From: the human T2T-CHM13v2.0 reference genome, Homo sapiens | Length of the DNA: 64,000 bases | NCBI GenBank assembly: GCA_009914755.4 | Contig: CP086569.2 | Span: 12,064,001-12,128,000, forward strand | Reading direction: 5' to 3' | In this document: positions 27,734 to 41,100 of the stretch, in pieces | Position numbering within the stretch: the stretch's first letter is position 1 | Layout: the number at the start of each line of letters is the position of its first letter | Made by a program: the position numbers and the translations under genes | Notes under the pieces: model-generated | Told to the model about the DNA's origin: nothing | Databases searched by the model: none | What the model saw: the letters and a program-made list of their open reading frames with translations, nothing else

Positions 27734-30489
27734 ATGGACAGGAATGTAATGGACTCCAATGGAATGGAATGGATCAAAATGGATTTGAACAGATTGGAAT
27801 CGAACGGAATGGAATGCAATGAAATGGAATGGACTCGATCAGAACGGACTGGAGAGGAATGTACACAAATGGAATGGAAACGAATGGAATGGAATGAAAT
27901 GGAATGGAGTGCAATGGAATTGAAAGGAACGGAATCACATGGAACGGAATGGAATGGAATGGAATGGATTGGAATAGAATGGATTCAAATAAAATAGAAT
28001 CGATTGCAATGGTATTGAATGGAAGGGACTTGAATGGAATGGAAAGAAATGGAAGATATTGGAATCGAATGGCATCGAATGAAATGGAATGGAACGGAAT
28101 GGAACGGACCCTAATGGAATGGAATGGACTCAAATGTAATGGACTCGAGTGGAGTCGAATGAAATATAATAGACTCGAAAGGAATGGCCTCGAGCGGAAT
28201 TTATTTGAATAGAATGGAATCAAATGGAATACAATAGTATGGAATGGAATCGAATGGAATGGAATCGAATGGAATGTAATCAAATGGAATGGAACGGAAT
28301 TCAATATAATGGAGTAGAATGGAATGCATTGGAAAGGAGCAGAGTAGAATCGAGTGGATTGGAATCGAGTGGAATGGAATCAAAGGGAACGAAATCGAAT
28401 TGAATGGACTTGAATGGAATTGAGTTGAAAGGAATTGACTCGAAAGGAATGGACTGGAACAAAAAGGAATCAAATGGACAGGAATGGAATGGAATGGGCT
28501 CGAATGGAATGGAGTCAAATGCAAATGCATCGAATGGAATGGATTCAAAGGGAATGCAATTGAATGGAATAGAAAGTAAGAGAATGGAATTGAGAGTAAT
28601 GGAAAGATATCGATTGGAATGAAATGGAATGGAAAGGAATTGAATGGAAAGGAATGGACTCGAAAGAAATGGATTGGAATGGAATGGTCTCCAATGGAAT
28701 GGACTGGAGTGGAATGCAATCGAATGGAAAGAAAAGAATAGAACGGAATGGAACGGAAAGAAATAGAATGTTATGGAATCCGATTGGACAGAATGGAATG
28801 GAATGCAGTTTCATGAAATGGAGTCGAATAGAGTGGCATCAAAAGGAATGGAATGGAGAGGACTCAAAAGGAATGGACTCGAAAGGAATGGAGTCGAACC
28901 AAATTGAATCAAATGGATTGGAGTCGAACAGAATGGAATGGAATGAAATGAACTCGACTGGAGTAGAGAGGAATGAAAAGGAATAGAATGGAATGTAATC
29001 AAATGGATTGCAAGTGAATGGAATCAAAAATAATAGAAAGGAATGGAGTGTAAAGGGATGATATTGAATTAAATGGAATGGAATGGAATTTAATGGAATG
29101 GAGTCGAAGGAATGGACAGGAATGTAATGGACTCCAATGGAATGGAATGGATCAAAATGGATTTGAACAGATTGGAATCGAACGGAATGGAATGCAATGA
29201 AATGGAATGGACTCGATCAGAACGGACTGGAGAGGAATGTACACAAATGGAATGGAAACGAATGGAATGGAATGAAATGGAATGGAGTGCAATGGAATTG
29301 AAAGGAACGGAATCACATGGAACGGAATGGAATGGAATGGAATGGATTGGAATAGAATGGATTCAAATAAAATAGAATCGATTGCAATGGTATTGAATGG
29401 AAGGGACTTGAATGGAATGGAAAGCAATGGAAGATATTGGAATCGAATGGCATCGAATGAAATGGAATGGAACGGAATGGAACGGACCCGAATGGAATGG
29501 AATGGACTCAAATGTAATGGACTCGAATGGAGTCGAATGAAATATAATAGACTCGAAAGGAATGGCCTCGAGCGGAATTTATTTGAATACAATGGAATCA
29601 AATGGAATACAATAGTATGGAATGGAATCGAATGGAATGGAATCGAATGGAATGTAATCAAATGGAATGGAACGGAATTCAATATAATGGAGTAGAATGG
29701 AATGCATTGGAAAGGAGCAGAGTAGAATCGAGTGGATTGGAATCGAGTGGAATGGAATCAAAGGGAACGAAATCGAATTGAATGGACTTGAATGGAGTTG
29801 AGTTGAAAGGAATTGACTCGAAAGGAATGGACTGGAACAAAAAGGAATCAAATGGACAGGAATGGAATGGAATGGGCTCGAATGGAATGGAGTCAAATGC
29901 AAACGCATCGAATGGTATGGATTCAAAGGGAATGCAATTGAATGGAATAGAAAGGAAGAGAATGGAATTGAGAATAATGGAAAGATATCGTTTGGAATGA
30001 AATGGAATGGAAAGGAATTGAATGGAAAGGAATGGACTCGAAAGAAATGGATTGGAATGGAATGGTCTCCAATGGAATGGACTGGAGTGGAATGCAATCG
30101 AATGGAAAGAAAAGAATGGAACGGAATGGAACGGAAAGGAATAGAATGTTATGGAATCCGATTGGACAGAATGGAATGGAATGCAGTTTCATGAAATGGA
30201 GTCGAATAGAGTGGCATCAAAATGAATGGAATGGAGTGGACACAAAAGGAATGGACTCGAAAGGAATGGAGTCGAACCAAATTGAATCAAATGGATTGGA
30301 GTCGAACAGAATGGAATGGAATGGAATGAACTCGACTGGAGTAGAGAGGAATGAAAAGCAATAGAATGGAATGTAATCAAATGGATTGCAAGTGAATGGA
30401 ATCAAAAATAATAGAAAGGAATGGAGTGTAAAGGGATGATATTGAATTAAATGGAATGGAATGGAATTTAATGGAATGGAGTCGAAGGA
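27734..30489 (+). repeat. Two adjacent HOR copies (27734-29111 and 29112-30489) forming a young local duplication block
   Basis: Both copies share private variants seen nowhere else in the window: cacatggaacgg (artefact peptide ...GTESHGTEW), ctcgagtggagtcgaatgaaatat (EWSRMKYN), gggctcgaatgg (NGMGSNG) and ggattcaaagggaatgcaattg. They still differ from each other at several sites. Confidence 0.75.
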
Positions 30490-32073
30490 ATGGACAGGAA
30501 TGTAATGGACTCCAATGGAATGGAATGGATCAAAATGGATTTGAACAGATTGGAATCGAACGGAATGGAATGCAATGAAATGAAATGGACTCGATCAGAA
30601 CGGACTGGAGAGGAATGTACACAAATGGAATGGAAACGAATGGAATGCAATGAAATGGAATGGAATGCAATGGAATTGAAAGGAACGGAATCAAATGGAA
30701 TGGAATGGAATGGAATGGAATGGATTGGAATAGAATGAATTCAAATAAAATAGAATCGATTGCAATGGTATTGAATGGAAGGGACTTGAATGGAATGGAA
30801 AGCAATGGAAGATATTGGAATCGAATGGCATCGAATGAAATGGAATGGAACGGAATGGAACGTACCCGAATGGAATGGAATGGACTCAAATGTAATGGAC
30901 TCGAATGGAATCGACTGAAATATAATAGACTCGAAAGGATTGGCCTCGAGCGGAATTTATTGGAAGAGAATGGAATCAAATGGAATACAATAGTATGGAA
31001 TGAAATCGAATGGAATGGAATCGAATGGAATGTAATGAAATGGAATGGAACGGAATTCAATAAAATGGAGTAGAATGGAACGCATTGGAAAGGAGAAGAG
31101 TGGAATCGAGTGGATTGGAATCGAGTGGAATGGAATCAAAGGGAACGAAATCGAATTGAATGGACTTGAATGGAATTGAGTCGAAAGGAATTGACTCGAA
31201 AGGCATGGACTGGAACAAAAAGGAATCAAATGGACAGGAATGGAATGGAATGGACTCGAATGGAATGGAGTCAAATGCAAACGCATCGAATGGAATGGAT
31301 TCAAATGGAATGCAGTTGAATGGAATAGAAAGGAAGAGAATGGAATTGAGAGTAATGGAAAGATATCGATTGAAATGAAACGAAATGGAAAGGAATTGAA
31401 TGGAAAGGAATGGACTCGAAAGAAATGGATTGGAATGGAATGGTCTGTAATGGAATGGACTGGAGTGGAATGGAATCGAATGGAAAGAAAAGAATGGAAC
31501 GGAATGGAACGGAAAGGAATAGAATGTTATGGAATCCGATTTGACAGAATGGAATGGAATGCAGTTTCATGAAATGGAGTCGAATAGAGTGGCATCAAAA
31601 GGAATGGAATGGAGTGGACTCAAAAGGAATGGACTCGAAAGGAATGGAGTCGAACCAAATTGAATCAAATGGATTGGAGTCGAACAGAATGGAATGGAAT
31701 GGAATGAACTCGACTGGAGTAGAGAGGAATGAAAAGGAATAGAATGGAATGTAATCAAATCGATTGCAAGTGAATGGAATCAAAAATAATAGAAAGGAAT
31801 GGAGTGTAAAGGGATGATATTGAATTAAATGGAATGGAATGGAATTTAATGGAATGGAGTCGAAGGAATGGACAGGAATGTAATGGACTCCAATGGAATG
31901 GAATGGATCAAAATGGATTGGAACAGATTGGAATAGAACGGAATGGAATACAATGAAATGGAATGGACTCGATCAGAGCGGCCTGGAGAGGAATGTACAC
32001 AAATGGAATGGAAACGAAAGGAATGGAATGAAATGGAATGGAATGCAATGGAATTGAAAGGAACGGAATCAAA

Positions 32074-32118
32074 TGGAATGGAATGGAATGGAATGGAATG
32101 GAATGGAATGGAATGGAA
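32074..32118 (+). repeat. Expanded GGAAT microtract (9 pure ggaat) inside HOR copy 31868-33265 (1398 bp)
   Basis: There are nine uninterrupted ggaat units before ggattgg, where the canonical count is four. This is a 25-bp gain. A smaller expansion to 7 units is at 34841 to 34875. Confidence 0.85.
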
Positions 32119-35100
32119 TGGATTGGAATAGTATGGATTCAAATAAAATAGAATCGATTGCAATGGTATTGAATGGAAGGGACTTGAATGGAATGGAAAG
32201 CAATGGAAGATATTGGAATCGAATGGCATCGAATGAAATGGAATGGAACGGAATGGAACGGACCCGAATGGAATGGAATGGACTCAAATGTAATGGACTC
32301 GAATGGAATCGACTGAAATATAATAGACTCGAAAGGAATGGCCTCGAGCGGAATTTATTTGAATAGAATGGAATGAAATGGAATACAATAGTATGGAATG
32401 GAATCGAATGGAATGGAAACGAATGGAATGTAATCAAATGGAATGGAACGGAATTCAATATAATGGAGTAGAATGGAATGCATTGGAAAGGAACAGAGTG
32501 GAATCCAGTGGATTGGAATCGAGTGGAATGGAATCAAAGTGAACGAAATCGAATTGAATGGACTTGAATGGAATTGAGTCGAAAGGAATTGACTCGAAAA
32601 GAATGGACTGGAAAAAAAAGGAATCAAATGGACAGGAATGGAATGGAATGGACTCGAATGGAATGGAGTCAAAAGGAAACGCATCCAATGGAATGCATTC
32701 AAATGGAATGCAATTGAATGGAATAGAAAGGAAGAGAATGGAATTGAGAGTAATGGAAAGATATCGATTGGAATGAAATGGAATGGAAAGGAATTGAATG
32801 GAAAGGAATGGACTCGAAAGAAATGGATTGGAATGGAATGGTCTCCAATGGAATGGACTGGAGTGGAATGCAATCGAATGGAAAGAAAAGAATGGAACGG
32901 AATGGAACGGAAAGGAATAGAATGTTATGGAATCCGATTGGACAGAATGGAATGGAATGCAGTTTCATGAAATGGAGTCGAATAGAGTGGCATCAAACGG
33001 AATGGAATGGAGTGGACTCAAAAGGAATGGACTCGAAAGGAATGGAGTCGAACCAAATTGAATCAAATGGATTGGAGTCGAACAGAATGGAATGGAATGG
33101 AATGAACTCGACTGGAGTAGAGAGGAATGAAAAGCAATAGAATGGAATGTAATCAAATGGATTGCTAGTGAATGGAATCAAAAATAATAGAAAGGAATGG
33201 AGTGTAAAGGGATGATATTGAATTAAATGGAATGGAATGGAATTTAATGGAATGGAGTCGAAGGAATGGACAGGAATGTAATGGACTCCAATGGAATGGA
33301 ATGGATCAAAATGGATTTGAACAGATTGGAATCGAACGGAATGGAATGCAACGAAATGGAATGGACTCGATCAGAACGGACTGGAAAGGAATGTACACAA
33401 ATGGAATGGAAACGAATGGAATGGAATGAAATGGAATGGAATGCAATCGAATTGAAAGGAACGGAATCAAATGGAATGGAATGGAATGGATTGGAATAGA
33501 ATGGATTCAAATAAAATAGAATCGATTGCAATGGTATTGAATGGAAGGGACTTGAATGGAATGTAAAGCAATGGAAGATATTGGAATCGAATGGCATCGA
33601 ATGAAATGGAATGGAACGGAATGGAACGGACTGGAATGGAATAGAATGGACTCAAATATAATGGACTCGAATGGAATCGACTGAAATATAATAGACTCGA
33701 AAGGATTGGCCTCAAGCGGAATTTATTTGAATAGAATGGAATCAAATGGAATACAATAGTATGGAATGGAATCGAATGGAATGGAATCGAATGGAATGTA
33801 ATCAAATGGAATGGAACGGAATTCAATATAATGGAGTAGAATGGAATGCATTGGAAAGGAGCAGAGTTTAATCGAGTGGATTGGAATCGAGTGGAATGGA
33901 ATCAAAGGGAACGAAATCGAATTGAATGGACTTGAATGGAATTGAGTCGAAAGGAATTGACTCGAAAGGCATGGACTGGAACAAAAAGGAATCAAATGGA
34001 CAGGAATGGAATGGAATGGACTCGAATGGAATGGAGTCAAATGCAAACGCATCGAATGGAATGGATTCAAATGGAATGCAATTGAATGGAATAGAAAGGA
34101 AGAGAATGGAATTGAGAGTAATGGAAAGATATCGATTGGAATGAAATGAAATGGAAAGAAATTGAATGGAAAGGAATGGACTCGAAAGAAATGGATTGGA
34201 ATGGAATGGTCTCCAATGGAATGGAATGGAGTGGAATGGAATCGAATGGAAAGAAAAGAATGGAACGGAATGGAACGGAAAGGAATAGAATGATATGGAA
34301 TCCGATTGGACAGAATGGAATGGAATGCAGTTTCATGAAATGGAGTCGAATAGAGTGACATCAAAAGGAATGGAATGGAGTGGACTCAAAAGGAATGGAC
34401 TCGAAAGGAATGGAGTCGAACCAAATTGAATCAAATGGATTGGAGTCGAACAGAATGGAATGGAATGGAATGAACTCGACTGGAGTAGAGAGGAATGAAA
34501 AGGAATAGAATGGAATGTAATCAAACGGATTGCAAGTGAATGGAATCAAAAATAATAGAAAGGAATGGAGTGTAAAGGGATGATATTGAATTAAATGGAA
34601 TGGAATGGAATTTAATGGAATGGAGTTGAAGGAATGGACAGGAATGTAATGGACTCCAATGGAATGGAATGGATCAAAATGGATTTGAACAGATTGGAAT
34701 CGAACGGAATGGAATGCAATGAAATGGAATGGACTCGATTAGAGCGGACTGGAGAGGAATGTACACAAATGCAATGGAAACGAAAGGAATGGAATGAAAT
34801 GGAATGGAATGCAATGGAATTGAAAGGAACGGAATCAAATGGAATGGAATGGAATGGAATGGAATGGAATGGAATGGATTGGAATAGAATGGATTCAAAT
34901 AAAATAGAATCGATTGCAATGGTATTGAATGCAAGGGACTTGAATGGAATGGAAAGCAATGGAAGATATTGGAATCGAATGGCATCGAATGAAATGGAAT
35001 GGAACGGAATGGAACGGACCCGAATGGAATGGAATGGACTCAAATGTAATGGACTCGAATGGAATCGACTGAAATATAACAGACTCGAAAGAATGGCCTC

Positions 35101-38100
35101 GAGCGGAATTTATTTGAATAGAATGGAATCAAATGGAATACAATAGTATGGAATGGAATCGAATGGAATGGAATCGAATGGAATGTAATCAAATGGAATG
35201 GAACGGAATTCAATATAATGGAGTAGAATGGAATGCATTGGAAAGGAACAGAGTGGAATCGAGTGTATTGGAATCGAGTGGAATGGAATCAAAGGGAACG
35301 AAATCGAATTGAATGGACTTGAATGGAATTGAGTCGAAAGGAATTGACTCGAAAGGAATGGACTGGAACAAAAAGGAATCAAATGGACAGGAATGGAATG
35401 GAATGGACTCGAATGGAATGGAGTCAAATGCAAACGCATCGAATGGAATGGATTCAAATGGAATGCAATTGAATGGAATAGAAAGGAAGAGAATGGAATT
35501 GAGAGTAATGGAAAGATATCGATTGGAATGAAATGGAATGGAAAGGAATTGAATGGAAAGGAATGGACTCGAAAGAAATGGATTGGAATGGAATGGTCTC
35601 CAATGGAATGGACTGGAGTGGAATGCAATCGAATGGAAAGAAAAGAATGGAACGGAATGGAACGGAAAGGAATAGAATGTTATGGAATCCGATGGAACAG
35701 AATGGAATGGAATGCAGTTTCATGAAATGGAGTCGAATAGAGTGGCATCAAAAGGAATGGAATGGAGTGGACTCAAAAGGAATGGAGTCGAAAGGAATGG
35801 AGTCGAACCAAATTGAATCAAATGGATTGGAGTCGAAAAGAATGGAAAGGAATGGAATGAACTCGAATGGAGAAGAGAGAAATGAAATGGAATAGAATGG
35901 AATGTAATCAAATGGATTGCAAGTGAATGGAATCAAAAATAATAGAAAGGAATGGAGTGTAAAGGGATGATATTGAATTAAATGGAATGGAATGGAATTT
36001 AATGGAATGGAGTCGAAGGAATGGACAGGAATGTAATGGACTCCAATGGAATGGAATGGATCAAAATGGATTTGAACAGATTGGAATCGAACGGAATGGA
36101 ATGCAATGAAATGGAATGGACTCGATCAGAACGGACTGGAGAGGAATGTACACAAATGGAATGGAAACGAATGGAATGGAATGAAATGGAATGGAATGCA
36201 ATGGAATTGAAAGGAACGGAATCAAATGGAATGGAATGGAATGGAATGGATTGGAATAGAATGGATTCAAATAAAATAGAATCGATTGCAATGGTATTGA
36301 ATGGAAGGGACTTGAATGGAATGGAAAGCAATGGAAGATATTGGAATCGAATGGCATTGAATGAAATGGAATGGAACGGAATGGAACGGACCCGAATGGA
36401 ATGGAATGGACTCAAATGTAATGGACTCGAATGGAATCGACTGAAATATAATAGACTCGAAAGGAATGGCCTCGAGCGGAATTTATTTGAATAGAATGGA
36501 ATCAAATGGAATACAATAGTATGGAATGGAATCGAATAGAATGGAATTGAATGGAATGTAATCAAATGGAATGGAACGGAATTCAATATAATGGAGTAGA
36601 ATGGAATGCATTGGAAAGGAGCAGAGTGGAATCGAGTGGATTGGAATCTAGTGGAATGGAATCAAAGGGAACGAAATCGAATTGAATGGACTTGAATGGA
36701 ATTGAGTCAAAAGGAATTGACTCGAAAGGCATGGACTGGAACAAAAAGGAATCAAATGGACAGGAATGGAATGGAATGGACTCGAATGGAATGGAGTCAA
36801 ATGCAAACGCATCCAATGGAATGGATTCAAATGGAATGCAATTGAATGGAATAGAAAGGAAGAGAATGGAATTGAGAGTAATGGAAAGATATCGTTTGGA
36901 ATGAAATGGAATGGAAAGGAATTGAATGGAAAGGAATGGACTCGAAAGAAATGGATTGGAATGGAATGGTCTCCAATGGAATGGACTGGAGTGGAATGCA
37001 ATCGAATGGAAAGAAAAGAATGGAACGGAATGGAACGGAAAGGAATACAATGTTATGGAATCCGATTGAACAGAATGGAATGGAATGCAGTTTCATGAAA
37101 TGGAGTCGAATAGAGTGGCATCAAAACGCATGGAATGGAGTGGACTCAAAAGGAATGGAGTCGAAAGGAATGGAGTCGATCCAAATTGAATCAAATGGAT
37201 TGGAGTCGAACAGAATGGAATGGAATGGAATGAACTCGACTGGAGTAGAGAGGAATGAAAAGGAATAGAATGGAATGTAATCAAATCGATTGCAAGTGAA
37301 TGGAATCAAAAATAATAGAAAGGAATGGAGTGTAAAGGGATGATATTGAATTAAATGGAATGGAATGGAATTTAATGGAATGGAGTCGAAGGAATGGACA
37401 GGAATGTAATGGACTCCAATGGAATGGAATGGATCAAAATGGATTGGAACAGATTGGAATAGAACGGAATGGAATGCAATGAAATGGAATGGACTCGATC
37501 AAAACGGACTGGAGAGGAATGTACACAAATGGAATGGAAACGAATGGAATGGAATGAAATGGAATGGAATGCAATGGAATTGAAAGGAACGGAATCAAAT
37601 GGAATGGAATGGAATGGATTGGAATAGAATGGATTCAAATAAAATAGAATTGATTGCAATGGTATTGAATGGAAGGGACTTGAATGGAATGGAAAGCAAC
37701 GGAAGACATTGGAATCGAATGGCATCGAATGAAATGGAATGGAACGGAATGGAACGGACCGGAATAGAATGGAATGGACTCAAATGTAATGGACTCGAAT
37801 GGAATCGACTGAAATATAATAGACTCAAAGGATTGGCCTCGAGCGGAATTTATTTGAATAGAATGGAATCAAATGGAATACAATAGTATGGAATGGAATC
37901 GAATGGAATGGAATCGAATGGAATGTAATGAAATGGAATGGAACGGAATTCAATATAATGGAGTAGAATGGAATGCATTGGAAAGGAGCAGAGTGGAATC
38001 GAGTGGATTGGAATCGAGTGGAATGGAATCAAAGGGAACGAAATCGAATTGAATGGACTGGAATGGAATTGAGTCGAAAGGAATTGACTCGAAAGGCATG

Positions 38101-41100
38101 GACTGGAACAAAAAGGAATCAAATGGACAGGAATGGAATGGAATGGACTCGAATGGAATGGAGTCAAATGCAAACGCATCGAATGGAATGGATTCAAATG
38201 GAATGCAATTGAATGGAATAGAAAGGAAGAGAATGGAATTGAGAGTAATGGAAAGATATCGATTGGAATGAAATGAAATGGAAAGGAATTGAATGGAAAG
38301 GAATGGACTTGAAAGAAATGGATTGGAATGGAATGGTCTCCAATGGAATGGACTGGAGTGGAATGGAATCGAATGGAAAGAAAAGAATGGAACGGAATAG
38401 AACGGAAAGGAATAGAATGTTATGGAATCCGATTGGACAGAATGGAATGGAATGCAGTTTCATGAAATGGAGTCGAATAGAGTGGCATCAAAAGGAATGG
38501 AATGGAGTGGACTCAAAAGGAATGGACTCGAAAGGAATGGAGTCGAACCAAATTGAATCAAATGGATTGGAGTCGAACAGAATGGAATGGAATGGAATGA
38601 ACTCGACTGGAGTAGAGAGGAATGAAAAGGAATAGAATGGAATGTAATCAAATGGATTGCAAGTGAATGGAATCAAAAATAATAGAAAGGAATGGAGTGT
38701 AAAGGGATGATATTGAATTAAATGGAATGGAATGGAATTTAATGGAATGGAGTCAAAGGAATGGACAGGAATGTAATGGACTCCAATGGAATGGAATGGA
38801 TCAAAATGGATTTGAACAGATTTTAATGGAACGGAATGGAATGCAATGAAATGGAATGGACTCGATCAGAACGGACTGGAGAGGAATGTACACAAATGGA
38901 ATGGAAACGAATGGAATGGAATGAAATGGAATGGAATGCAATGGAATTGAAAGGAACGGAATCAAATGGAATGGAATGGAATGGAATGGATTGGAATAGA
39001 ATGGATTCAAATAAAATAGAATCGATTGCAATGGTATTGAATGGAAGGGACTTGAATGGAATGGAAAGCAATGGAAGATATTGGAATCGAATGGCATCGA
39101 ATGAAATGGAATGGAACGGAATGGAACGGACCCGAATGGAATGGAATGGAGTCAAATGTAATGGACTCGAATGGAATCGACTGAAATATAATAGACTCGA
39201 AAGGAATGGCCTCGAGCGGAATTTATTTGAATAGAATGGAATCAAATGGAATACAATAGTATGGAATGGAATCGAATGGAATGGAATCGAATGGAATGTA
39301 ATCAAATGGAATGGAACGGAATTCAATATAATGGAGTAGAATAGAATGCATTGGAAAGGAGCAGAGTGGAAGCGAGTGGATTGGAATCGAGTGGAATGGA
39401 ATCAAAGGGAACGAAATCGAATTGAACGGACTTGAATGGAATTGAGTCGAAAGGAATTGACTCGAAAGGAATGGACTGGAACAAAAAGGAATCAAATGGA
39501 CAGGAATGGAATGGAATGGACTCGAATGGAATGGAGTCAAATGCAAACGCATCGAATAGAATGGATTCAAATGGAATGCAATTGAATGGAATATAAAGGA
39601 AGAGAATGGAATTGAGAGTAATGGAAAGATATCGATTGGAATGAAATGGAATGGAAAGGAATTGAATGGAAAGGAATGGACTCGAAAGAAATGGATTGGA
39701 ATGGAATGGTCTCCAATGGAATGGACTGGAGTGGAATGGAATCGAATGGAAAGAAAAGAATGGAACGGAATGGAACGGAAAGGAATAGAATGTTATGGAA
39801 TCCGATTGGACAGAATGGAATGGAATGCAGTTTCATGAAATGGAGTCGAATAGAGTGGCATCAAAAGGAATGGAATGGAGTGGACTCAAAATGAATGGAC
39901 TCGAAAGGAATGGAGTCGAACCAAATTGAATCAAATGGATTGGAGTCGAACAGAATGGAATGGAATGGAATGAACTCGACTGGAGTAGAGAGGAATGAAA
40001 AGGAATAGAATGGAATGTAATCAAATGGATTGCAAGTGAATGGAATCAAAAATAATAGAAAGGAATGGAGTGTAAAGGGATGATATTGAATTAAATGGAA
40101 TGGAATGGAATTTAATGGAATGGAGTCGAAGGAATGGACAGGAATGTAATGGACTCCAATGGAATGGAATGGATCAAAATGGATTTGAACAGATTGGAAT
40201 GGAACGGAATGGAATGCAATTAAATGGAATGGACTCGATCAGAACGGACTGGAGAGGAATGTACACAAATGGAATGGAAACGAATGGAATGGAATGAAAT
40301 GGAATGGAATGCAATGGAATTGAAAGGAACGGAATCAAATGGAATGGAATGGAATGGAATGGATTGGAATAGAATGGATTCAAATAAAATAGAATCGATT
40401 GCAATGGTATTGAATGGAAGGGACTTGAATGGAATGGAAAGCAATGGAAGATATTGGAATCGAATGGCATCGAATGAAATGGAATGGAACGGAGTGGAAC
40501 GGACCCGAATGGAATGGAATGGACTCAAATGTAATGGACTCGAATGGAATCGACTGAAATATAATAGACTCGAAAGGAATGGCCTCGAGCGGAATTTATT
40601 TAAATTGAATGGAATCAAATGGAATACAATAGTATGGAATGGAATCGAATGGAATGGAATCGAATGGAATGTAATCAAATGGAATGGAACGGAATTCAAT
40701 ATAATGGAGTAGAATGGAATGCATTGGAAAGGAGCAGAGTGGAATCGAGTGGATTGGAATCTAGTGGAATGGAATCAAAGGGAACGAAATCGAATTGAAT
40801 GGACTTGAATGGAATTGAGTCGAAAGGAATTGACTCGAAAGGCATGGACTGGAACAAAAAGGAATCAAATGGACAGGAATGGAATGGAATGGACTCGAAT
40901 GGAATGGAGTCAAATGCAAACGCATCGAATGGAATGGATTCAAAGGGAATACAATTGAATGGAATAGAAAGTAAGAGAATGGAATTGAGAGTAATGGAAA
41001 GATATCGATTGGAATGAAATGGAATGGAAAGGAATTGAATGGAAAGGAATGGACTCCAAAGAAATGGGTTGGAAAGGAATGGTCTCCAATGGAATGGACT

